Assembly (NCBI GenBank): GCA_013115145.1
Contig: JAAPAO010000281.1
Coordinates: 1-43,686 of the forward strand
DNA length: 43,686 bases
Source: Perkinsus chesapeaki ATCC PRA-425
Taxonomy: Eukaryota; Protista; Perkinsozoa
Direction: 5' to 3'
A program made the position numbers and the translations under genes. Shown one piece after another: positions 7,246-17,000 of this stretch. Below the pieces are notes generated by a model that saw only the letters and a list, made by a program, of their open reading frames with translations, had not been told where the DNA came from and did no database searches. Numbering within the stretch: the stretch's first letter is position 1; each line of letters starts with the position of its first letter.

Positions 7246-9275
7246 ACAACCCAGTCTACCTGGGTATTAACACCATCCGCCAAAGTGACGGCGACAGGCT
7301 TCGACAGTCTCACTGGATCGACTCCAATGATGTCACTCAAACATTCAACAGAAGGTACCAGAAGATAGGATCCGCCGGCGGCTGTGTCAAGAACACAGCG
7401 TCCCGGGAGAACTTTACCACCAGTTGGAGCACCAAAACGAACAGAAACACCAACGATAATTTCAGGAGGGACCATCACTCTCCTGGCCTCCTTAAACTCA
7501 CAGCTTGAAAGAGAACAAACATTATCAGCAAATAACCGATCTATAGAGCCAGAAAGGGCTTGATTTGATACATATGTAGGATAGGATTCTAACTCAGATG
7601 GACATCCGGTTGCGACCGAATCCTGAAGTCGCACTCCATCACGCGTCTCAATTAGAGTTTCGAGTGGACGCCCAGTTTGGGTACGCCCCCCAGTACGAGC
7701 CAAGCGTTCCTGGAACCGCCATGTTCGGAACAGATCCTTAGATAGCCCAGAGATTTTGCTCTTAGCTACTGACTCATCCTTATATCCCAAAATATAATAG
7801 GTCCGACCGGCTTGACTGGTTCGAGGTAGGAAGCCGTCGGGTTGGCTTGACGCGAACAAAGACTTCTTATCCCGGCACCCTCGGCCTGCAACCCCATAAG
7901 CAACAGCGAAGCCCTTAACCCAGTCGGTAGCTCTCACTCGAGGAAGGGATTGGTCTAACACCCTAGCGACGCTAGAGCTATCGTGGCCTTCCACTGGGGT
8001 CTGTACGGACCTGACCGAATCTTGATGTGGGTCAAACTCCTTCTTAACACAGTCTGCTTCTTCCAGTAGACGGCACTCGGTTTTGATGAACTCCGTAAGG
8101 GTAGCCTCAGTACTCCCGTCCAACGAGTGAAACTCAACCGCTACTTCCCAGTCACCTTCCTGAGCTGCACAGCGCTCGCGGCAGCGACGAATGACGCCGA
8201 CCACAACTTCACGGGGTAACTGAGCTAAGACTTTTCTGACGAATTGGACCCTCTGGGCCGTGTCAGTTTGGTGCACGATCCTATAGAGTTCATTGACAGC
8301 GATAATGTCCTTGAGGTAAATCTCCACCCCTGTCACTCCTGGAAATTTCAGCTTCTTCAATCGCTCTTTCAATTCTTCCAATAGGATTGGCCTCTTAGCA
8401 AACTGCTTCTTGCATGCCCCAACAATAACACCCCACCGGTCTCCATGGATCTCGTACAGGGCTAGAGCTCGATCATAGACGGTTGGACATCCTTGTAAAG
8501 TAGGGAGTAGCTTCTGTGTGCAAGTATGACGTAGATCTCGATGAGGAAAAAAAACTTCGCCTGTAACATCGAACTCTCCAGCCCCAATCTCGACGAGAAC
8601 CTCCTCTAAACGGCGGCAATGCTGAGGGAACTTGAACGAGTCCTTCAACTCGACAACGCTCAGTTTCCCAACAACTCCCGCATCACAGTGCCTGCGGGTG
8701 GTACGCTCTCCATTTGACTGTGGACGGGGTGAAGGCAGCACTGATATGAGGTCGTTCACAACTTCTGGTTGACCGTCAGAAAGAGTCTCAGAGGTCCTTG
8801 GGTTTTCGTCAAATTTGAGCGAACGGCGGACGTCCGCAATGGATGCCGCTTCGCGTTCGCCTGCCTTGTGGCTGGTACTTGTCGAGATGTTAGTGACAGC
8901 ACGCATGTTCATGAGCTCTTCAGAACGAAACTCCAGTTCCACGATGTAAGTGATAGCTTCCTCCAATGCCTTCTCGGATTCTCTTTCTCGACGGTGCAAT
9001 TCCTCTAACGCTTCATGATCGTCCTCGGAGTCTCCAATTATGTTGTCCATAGCTTCTCTCACATTCTTTAGCTGGGTCCTCACTCTTCCTCGATAAGACC
9101 TTGCCTTGCGTAACTCTTGTCGAAGCTCGTTCTGGTCGGTGAAGGCTGCTGCTGATTCTCTCCATCCTCGACGCTCGGTGCTGCTATCTTGCGGGTCTTC
9201 CGGCCTGATTTCGATATGTGGGGGCTCTTCTTCGTCCCCTTGAGGGTCACGGTGTATAGACGCAGGTGTCGCCAT
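7176..9275 (-). CDS. Retrotransposon gag plus aspartic protease (N-terminal part of the polyprotein)
   Basis: 699-aa ORF starting right after the 5' LTR, with an N-terminal coiled coil and the protease-like motif CVLDTAAGGSYLL. It terminates inside a 14-bp scar. Confidence 0.8.
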   Translation of the reverse strand: MATPASIHRDPQGDEEEPPHIEIRPEDPQDSSTERRGWRESAAAFTDQNELRQELRKARSYRGRVRTQLKNVREAMDNIIGDSEDDHEALEELHRRERESEKALEEAITYIVELEFRSEELMNMRAVTNISTSTSHKAGEREAASIADVRRSLKFDENPRTSETLSDGQPEVVNDLISVLPSPRPQSNGERTTRRHCDAGVVGKLSVVELKDSFKFPQHCRRLEEVLVEIGAGEFDVTGEVFFPHRDLRHTCTQKLLPTLQGCPTVYDRALALYEIHGDRWGVIVGACKKQFAKRPILLEELKERLKKLKFPGVTGVEIYLKDIIAVNELYRIVHQTDTAQRVQFVRKVLAQLPREVVVGVIRRCRERCAAQEGDWEVAVEFHSLDGSTEATLTEFIKTECRLLEEADCVKKEFDPHQDSVRSVQTPVEGHDSSSVARVLDQSLPRVRATDWVKGFAVAYGVAGRGCRDKKSLFASSQPDGFLPRTSQAGRTYYILGYKDESVAKSKISGLSKDLFRTWRFQERLARTGGRTQTGRPLETLIETRDGVRLQDSVATGCPSELESYPTYVSNQALSGSIDRLFADNVCSLSSCEFKEARRVMVPPEIIVGVSVRFGAPTGGKVLPGRCVLDTAAGGSYLLVPSVECLSDIIGVDPVRLSKPVAVTLADGVNTQVDWVVCCSLSLLDVDLKRVLCVSTELT
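9262..9274 (-). other. Putative primer-binding site
   Basis: TGGCGACACCTGC starts 1 nt after the 5' LTR. TGG is complementary to tRNA CCA. The priming tRNA cannot be identified from this window. Confidence 0.5.
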
Positions 9276-9440
9276 AATGGGGAAACTTTAACACGACGCC
9301 AGTTGGCGCAAAGTACAACTAAGAACACTAACATGCTTATAACAACAAGTCTCTAGCGACGATCACTCCTGGGGAAATCCCAAGCGCTCGAACATTTAGT
9401 CCTGCGCCCGCCTGGGAAATCGATACAATTTGAGCAATCA
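9276..9440 (-). repeat. 5' LTR (165 bp)
   Basis: Identical to 2810-2974. Followed on the minus strand by A-TGGCGACACC (PBS-like, overlapping the gag ATG). Confidence 0.93.
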
Positions 9441-9535
9441 CCCTCCCGCCGCCGCTGACGTGGTAAAACAATTAAGTGCCTGGACAATGAAAAAGTCGAG
9501 GCATGATAAATAGAATATGGTCGTGGGATTGTCGG

Positions 9536-9964
9536 TTAATCCCAACAGGTTTTATTGAAGACAAGAATACGTTCGCTTCCGGCAAATGTTACATACAACT
9601 GCTCATTGTTGTTTCTAGATACGAAACGCTTCATATCATTATCACCAACAGTAAGGTCTGGAGCACAAGTAGTCTTGATCGCTCGGATATATGTGTTGTA
9701 GGCTTGCTCGCTCTCGGGATCAACAACGAACGAATTGAGCTCAGTCTCTTCCATCTCCAAAGTGGTGCTAGGCATAACAGCTGAGTCACATTGAACCCAG
9801 AGTTGGGCCTTCAGTGTGGTGAAATCTCCAATGCAGTGAACTTGAACACAAGTATCTTCATCTATGTTCAGGGCATAGTTACCATTAGGAGTTGGTGGGA
9901 ATCCAGCAACACACAAGATGAGGTAGCCAAAATAGCCGAGAATGGTGTAGATGAAGTGAGACAT
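9536..9964 (-). CDS. 142-aa predicted secreted protein, paralog of 837-1265
   Basis: Same length and conserved motifs as 837-1265. Lies between the solo LTR and the 5' LTR. Confidence 0.85.
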   Translation of the reverse strand: MSHFIYTILGYFGYLILCVAGFPPTPNGNYALNIDEDTCVQVHCIGDFTTLKAQLWVQCDSAVMPSTTLEMEETELNSFVVDPESEQAYNTYIRAIKTTCAPDLTVGDNDMKRFVSRNNNEQLYVTFAGSERILVFNKTCWD

Positions 9965-10086
9965 TCTAGAGTAACCTTGTCAGAGAAAGCAGTGGAGCTT
10001 GCATCCCTGGTGTCACTCACTTCGTGACCTCGCGACACGGAGATACTGTTTCGGAGTTCTAGATGACGATGAAGTTCACTGAAACT

Positions 10087-10251
10087 CATGGGGGAACTTC
10101 AACACGACGTCAGTTGGCGCAAAGTATCACTCGGAACACTCGCATGCTTATAACAACAATTATCTAGCGGTGATCACTCCTGGGGAACTCCCAAGCGCTC
10201 GAACATTTAGCCCTGCGCCCGCCTGGGAAATCGATACAATTCGAGCAATGA
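10087..10251 (-). repeat. Diverged solo LTR of the same family
   Basis: Co-linear, same-length copy of the LTR with scattered substitutions. Flanked by AACT/AACT (GAAACT if the boundary is shifted by 2 nt). No PBS or internal domain next to it. Confidence 0.9.
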
Positions 10252-11061
10252 AACTACAGATCATCATAGTTCGAGGATAAGCATCCTCAGCTGCTGCTGC
10301 TGATACCCGCTAAATATGACATGTGTTAGTTGACGTCGCCTGACTCATGCAGCCACGATGCTTATTGTAGCCTGGGGAATCTGTAACTTGACTCGACGTC
10401 AAGGTACACTTGTGACCGAAGCAACCGGTCACCACCGTGACGCGATTTTCACCATTTTTGATACGAGATTGGTTGGAGATATCTGTTTGAGGCCTTTCCA
10501 TCACGATGTGTGCTCCCCCATGATTAGAACGCCGCATATGTTCGGCTTCCGCATTATAGCATTCCATCTCAGTTCCTTGTTCAAGTTCACTGGAAACTCC
10601 TACTCATGTTGATTGTGAGTAATCCCATCCATCCCGTCCGGGAATACAGCCAACAGAATTGTTGCCGATGCGCAAGAGTTCTGTTAGGATTAAAAGGACC
10701 TCCTTCTACGGACGAGCTCAGATGTTCCCTGGAGCTGCGAGTCTTTTTCAGTTCTTGCCTCGCGCGAGGATATCCCGTGAAATCGGTCTGCCGTTGTGCA
10801 ATCCTACCCATTGGCCCAACCTGGAAAATAGTAAAGCTTCGTCCTTGATAGTGTGAGTCTCACCGCGAGACTGTCACGCACGGCGATTAATTGTGCTTGT
10901 AAAATTGACAGTACTGCAGACGCAACACAACTTAATTTCCGTATTGTACTGAATAAATGGTGAATGATCAATATTCTCTTCGAGATTTCTTAACGTTCAT
11001 TGTTGTTGGTGGTGTGGCCATCCATGATGACTGTCATCATTGCCACTCCACGAGTTACCCC

Positions 11062-14000
11062 CTAAAAGTTTCTATACACTGGTGAGCCGGGTAACGGAGA
11101 CGCTCTCCTACCTGTACGTTTCCAGTGGCCCCATTCATCCTTAGTCCAACCGCCGCTATTATCGTTGCCACCACCATTCCAATAGCTCTTCCCACCTGAC
11201 GAGTGCCCCCCTTGTCCCCAATCATTATTGTTGGTATTGCCCTGATTCCAGGACTGATAACTCTGAAGACGAGCAACAAACAATGAAATGGAGACGTGGC
11301 AATGTCCTACGTAATTCCAGCTTCCTCCAGGATTGCCTCCGCCTTGATACCAGTTGCTGTTGCTGCTGCTGCTGCTTCCATGGGTGTTACCCCATGACCC
11401 ACTGCTACCCCAGTCGTCCTTCTTCTTGCCCCATGAGCCACTATTGCCCCATTTATCATCACTCTGGTACCAAGACTGGCGGACCGAACCGGACTAAATA
11501 ATAGCGGAGTGGGAGTCAGTATATTAAGCTTGATGAAACATACCTTCCAATCCTTCCAGTTTTTCCAACTATCTCCGTTCTCATGCTGCTCACTGGCATC
11601 TGAATATGATGATGTAGATCAATCTTATCGGGAATGCGTAGGGACTCCTCACTTTTGCTATCCGTTTCAACTTGTGGGGAGCCTTGTTGGGCCCTCACAG
11701 CAGCCTGATGCTTCCGAGCGAGTTCTCGATACTCCTTAACATACCTGACAAGGAAGCACCGCCGATCAGCAGCTGACCGAAAGGCATATAGAAAATTCAT
11801 ACTGTTTCCTATTGATGAAACCTTCAGACTTCCACCACTGAATCATACGATTGACGCTCTTGAATGGGCCCGCATTCCACAGCTTAAACCTGAACATGAT
11901 AATAATCACAATGAAAGGGGGCTGACTGAGCACCCCGGAAAGCATACCCTCGATGAGTGATGTGGACAGGTTCCTCAATGACAGCGTATTTGCCAGACTG
12001 ATCTCTTTTTCCAGCCCACAACAAGACAGCAGCGCCACCCATTGGTTTTCTTTCGTCAAGCGTGAGGAAATACGCTACCTGTTCAAAGAAGATTGACAAG
12101 AATGATGTTGTTAGTATTATAGACACTTACATGTTTGCTTGTGCTGCTCAACTTAGTGGCAACGACAAGATTCTTTACTTGCTCAACATTGCCGCCTTGA
12201 TATTTATCAAAGTTGGTGAAGTCCGTAAGATACTTCATATACCTATAATTATAACTCGAAGAACTTGCCCTTGGGGGAGTGGCATTCCATGGTCGATAGA
12301 AATATCCGCACCGGGAGAGTGGCAATGTTTCTCCAAACGCGCAAAGAAGCGCATAATTTCCCAGAAGCCCTTAGTCAAGTCTTACGGTTCAACAATCATA
12401 GCCTTGATCTGATCAAGCTCGTCAAATTCCTCAGGTTCACCCGGCAACTGAAGAATCGCACACAATAGTCCTGTCCCCTTCTTTTATTCACTGCCTACTT
12501 TATAGACCATCTTAGCATTGCCGAGAGTATTCTGTTGGGCAGCTTGTTGTGTGAATTTACTTTTTGCCTCTTGAAATACAAACTGTTTCACCCAATCACT
12601 GCTGGCCCTGGTGCCTGATAGAACAAAGCCCAAATCTTCAACTTCAACAGGCAACAGGCTAAATGCACCTTGCTTTATCTTTATCATACAAATGTATTGT
12701 CCTTGATGGCTTGTGCTAGGACGGAAAAGTACTTCTCCAACAGGGACAGAGGCCGGCTCGAGATACTAAAACAGTGCTGCATCCGACAAGCTGCATATCC
12801 CAGATTAAGTACCGCCATTGCCGCGCTATGCGATATCTCCTTGTAGTTGTCGTGCCTTATAATACGCCTGCCGCGGATAGATGCCATGGCATCTATTCCC
12901 TGCTTCTGAGTTGCTACCACTTTACCCAGCCCTCGAAGTTCCCTAAAGGAAAGTAGCTGGTGTGAAATTGACGTTTAGAATGACCGTTACCGGAAGTCCT
13001 CATTCTTCGCCACCAGTCTTGGGTCCTGATCTATAATTTCCCTCTGTTCAAAGTCTGTGATATCCTCAACGGTGACGTCCACCTTGAACCTGATCGAAAG
13101 AGTGGCGGTCTTGCACAACTCAGCTGTGGCTTCCTACACATCAGGTTTGATATGAGTCACTCTCGCAGTAAGAAGATCTCCTTGATTCCAGTTGCCCTTG
13201 GCATTCTCTATCTCATTATTCCTCTGAAGACCCCAGACCTCCGCTCGTCTCAATCTACTTAGCAATCCTCACCTTATCCCATTTGTAGAAGAAGCCATCA
13301 CAGCGATTCTGTAACAGTCTTATCTTAACCTTGTCGTTGAAAGTGCCATCAATCACTTCACACTGTACCACGGTATTCTGAACACATTTATCATGAACAG
13401 GATTCTATTAGATCCTTTACCTTCATCAAAGACTGTGCTGTTTCGCCCGTACAAGCCTCGAACACCGCCTGGGCGGTCGGAGGCTCCCAACGAGAAGCAT
13501 AGTTATAATACGGGCTAGAAAGAAGACATGCAAGGCTGAGACCGGATAAGCTTCTTACCTATGGATTTCACTGGCGATATCATGCTTTATGTAACCAACC
13601 ATTTCGGCCTTCAATGCGCCTTTATCAACCTACCAAATAGCTGTCCCGAACGTTGTGTTCCATGAGAATGTCTTACTTCATTATCCGTGTACTGCTCAGG
13701 CAGGTCATCACTGCTCAGCATAGCATCCACAAGACTCTCCAGGTTGGCAGAGACCGCCTCAAAGTCTTGCATGGTCGACTAAGGTACATAGAGATATCTT
13801 ACAGGCCGCACGTTGATCCTCATACTGGAAGGCACATTCTCTTCTTTATGAGGGAAAGCATGCTCTTCTCATCGGCAGCATCAGCAGCGCCCAAGCTAAG
13901 CCATGCTATGCGACAAGCTTCCTTTGCAACTGATCGAGAGAGTCCAATGATGTGTCGATTGTGCGGCGAGTACCAGGCCAGGTGTCCCTCGCCAAGCGGG

Positions 14001-17000
14001 TAAGCTCGAAGGGGTGAGGGTTCGATACGGCGGCCAATACCTCCTCAAAAGTAACATCCTCGCCGTGAACTGGGCAAAGAACACCGCGCGCCCTGAAATG
14101 GAACGAGCATGATGGGAAGTACTTAGCGGAGGCTTGGCTCACTCATCGAATTCAGAATGATCCCAATCAGCATCAGCTTTTCCCCGATGCCTGTTCTTCT
14201 TGAAACTCTTACGCTTGCCTGAAAGTAGTAAATATAACGAATGGGACTGTTATATTGTCTTTATCTACCAGCAGCAACCGCTTGAAGAAGCTTCTCCATA
14301 TCTGGAGACAACCTCACAAAAGGTTGGCAGTTCTGCCAGACAACATCACCGAGAAGCTGCCGTAGCCGAGCCTAGCAAGAAGTTCTATAAAGTGGGCTGT
14401 CTGGGCGTTGTAAACCTGTCGAGGACTGAGACCCTTCCACGCTTCGCTCACATCCTCCCGCTCAAGCCCTCTCACAACAACATCTGAAAATGGGGAGTTA
14501 ACAAGTGAAACCGACAGAGATGCCTCACCGCTGCGTCTGAGTAGAATGTTAGCCTTCCTTGGGCCAAGACCAGCTACGAACTTCAGAACGCCCGCTCGAT
14601 GGGGGGACTTGGCGCATACATTTAGATCAACTCCGGCTTGATTCACACGTCTGATGATCTCGTGGGACAAAGCTTCCCGAAGGATGAACCGATCACAGTT
14701 GGCCTGCGGTGAGTAAGAGACATTCGCCACCGGCGGGGAAGTACCACAGCCCTACCTGACATGGATCAAGCGGAATATCTTGGAGAGCACTGTGACCGCT
14801 AGGATCATCAGACCAAAGCTGGACAGTCTCAGCCAAGGGATCTTGCATGAATCTAATCGAAGAAGCATCGTGCCGAAGCTCTACAACAACAGCAGTGTCC
14901 CACCTGCACATCGACAAGCCTAGCCTTTGGAGATAAGTTAGACCATCCTTCTCGGCTTTATTAGAACGCATGGCTGAGCACGAGCAGCTAACGAAGACGT
15001 GTAGAGTATAGACAACTCACCAACGATACGAGGAATGGTAGGATCACCCCAGACAACTTGAGGGGAAGGTAACACAGATTTGCTCTGTTTCAGCACAGGA
15101 TGAGTTGAGACCAACTGACAATAACAGCAGTCAAGTCAGCAGAAACGCAACGAGCTGCTGCTGCTGCTGACTTACCCAGGAACAGCTATCAGAGAGGGTC
15201 CTCATCAGACCTCGGCATCGGATGTCCATAGCGCACACCACAACCACAGCTGGAACGTAGCGAGATATCTTCTCCTCGAACTTTTTGAGATCAGCCTTAT
15301 GGCGATCCTCGGCTAAAGTCCATCCTCGGCAGTGGTAGATGATAGACCAAGGGGAGCCTACCTGATTTGGGAGCCACCAACCAATCTAGCTGAGTAACAT
15401 CCAAAAGTGACCCATCAACATCAGCTGTTATGAGGTGGCATCGGGTGCCGTTCTGCACTCTAAAACCAAAAGACATTCCGATCATCATCATTCACACCTT
15501 TATTTCCTCTCACTTTTCCATCACCACTGCTGATGCTCGGAAGTACTTCAGCTTCCTCAGTGCAACTTGCCGATCAATATCACGCTGACGCTCGAGGAAG
15601 TCGACATCATCCAGACCGCCATGAGGAGAGTCATCGTCATCCTCCTCATTATCACCCCTCCCCGCTGCCGCTGCGGCCTCATCAGGATTGGTGTCTGCCG
15701 AGTCGGCTTCAGTGCTGGGCTCGTAAGGCTTTCGACCAATTATATTGCCCAATGCAGCAGCCTGCAAGTAAACAAGTAAAGGCAAAGTGGCCGCCACTTA
15801 GAGTCACTTACGCATTTCTCAGAGATAAGCCTGTCAGATTCCCTCTTCATCCGTGCCCTCATCTCTTTACGCATACTTATATATATGCTCTGTACAGCCT
15901 GTCGTGCCGCACCCAACACGAACCCTCGCCAATCGCTCTGTGCAATAGCATACATCTCAACAACCCGTCGAAGATAACAATCCTCTCCGAGTAGCGTATT
16001 GGGCTCGATAGCCTCAGACATCATCACAGCCCCGCCAGCATTGGCACGCCGCGATTGAGTCCATTGATGCAACTGATGACCGAGCCGGCAATATCTCATC
16101 AAAGCTCCACCACCACCTCCGGCCCCACCAACTTGTGGCGCTGTGGCTGGGACAGGCTTGCCATTTTCTAGCGCTTGAATAACCTTGAAGATGAGGCTAT
16201 AGTTGCGTGACACTTGATCCTCTGTGAAAGTGTCGATGACTATCTTGTCCGGATTCTCGTAGTCGGCCCACACTATATCCACCGTAATGGAGCCCTGAGC
16301 CTCCAAAGCGCATATCCTAGACCATGTCGGGCCAACACAGGAACACAGCGGCTTCATGCATAACCGGGAGACCAGGTAATCGGGAGACGTAGCGGAAGGC
16401 TTATAGTTACCAGTCGGCATCGTACAGACGTGCGCTCGTCGCCATAGCGCACGACGGAAGAAACGACGAATGCTCATATCCGAGGCTAAAGGAAAAGATT
16501 CGAGAGGACGGAGGGGGTAGCGGACCAAAGACAGCAACAGCAGATTGTTACCTATATTGCGAGCCATAAACTGCGCCAAGGCACCCAGCAGCCTCCTCTC
16601 ATTATGGAAAATCAAGCCAGACTTCCCCTGGCACTGCGCATGAACCCACTCCGATAGCTTAGGTCTGTCCACTATTGCTGGAGCAAAGTTGTGGCCGACT
16701 AACAAAGACTCTCCCACCTAAAAAAGAGTAATAGGCATACGACGGGTTTCGCTTACCTGTTGAGGATCCATACCGATTACTTCCTCAAGAGCTCTGTCCA
16801 GAGCTGCATCCGTGATAACCCGATACAGAGAGTCATCCACTCGCTAAGCACAGCATGGTAAAAGGCTATCGACCTACAAATTACCAGATGAGACTTGTGG
16901 ACTATGGTTAGGCTCTCAAATCCAGTACTTTGCAGCCGACGCAGTTTTGGTTCTATTTGAACCTGATACGAAATAACAGAGCCGGCGGGCTGGCTGGCAG

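Larger units (their letters stand above)
2810..9440 (-). mobile_element. Full-length LTR retrotransposon, BEL/Pao-like pol (gag-PR-RT-RNaseH-IN order)
   Basis: Identical 165-bp direct repeats at 2810-2974 and 9276-9440. A 4-bp direct repeat CCCT flanks the element (2806-2809, 9441-9444). A purine tract GAGGGGGGCG (minus) lies just before the 3' LTR and a TGG-starting PBS-like sequence lies just after the 5' LTR. Internal ORFs carry PR, RT, RNase H and integrase motifs. Confidence 0.95.

Noticed and set aside
7176-7266. Classical programmed -1 frameshift between gag-PR and RT
   Set aside because: There is no X XXY YYZ slippery heptamer in the overlap, and the 14-bp scar explains the offset more simply.
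2809-10251. Three ~165-bp repeats as a CRISPR-like or satellite array
   Set aside because: Spacing, PPT/PBS, TSDs and the enclosed pol show they are LTRs.
11024-11040. Palindrome atgatgac-t-gtcatcat
   Set aside because: The 1-nt loop fits, but the expected third copy is missing, so it cannot be separated from a chance hairpin.
12960-13650. S1-domain-like coding read as a separate exosome gene (Rrp4-like)
   Set aside because: Its position between the HhH and SH2 exons identifies it as the SPT6 S1 domain.
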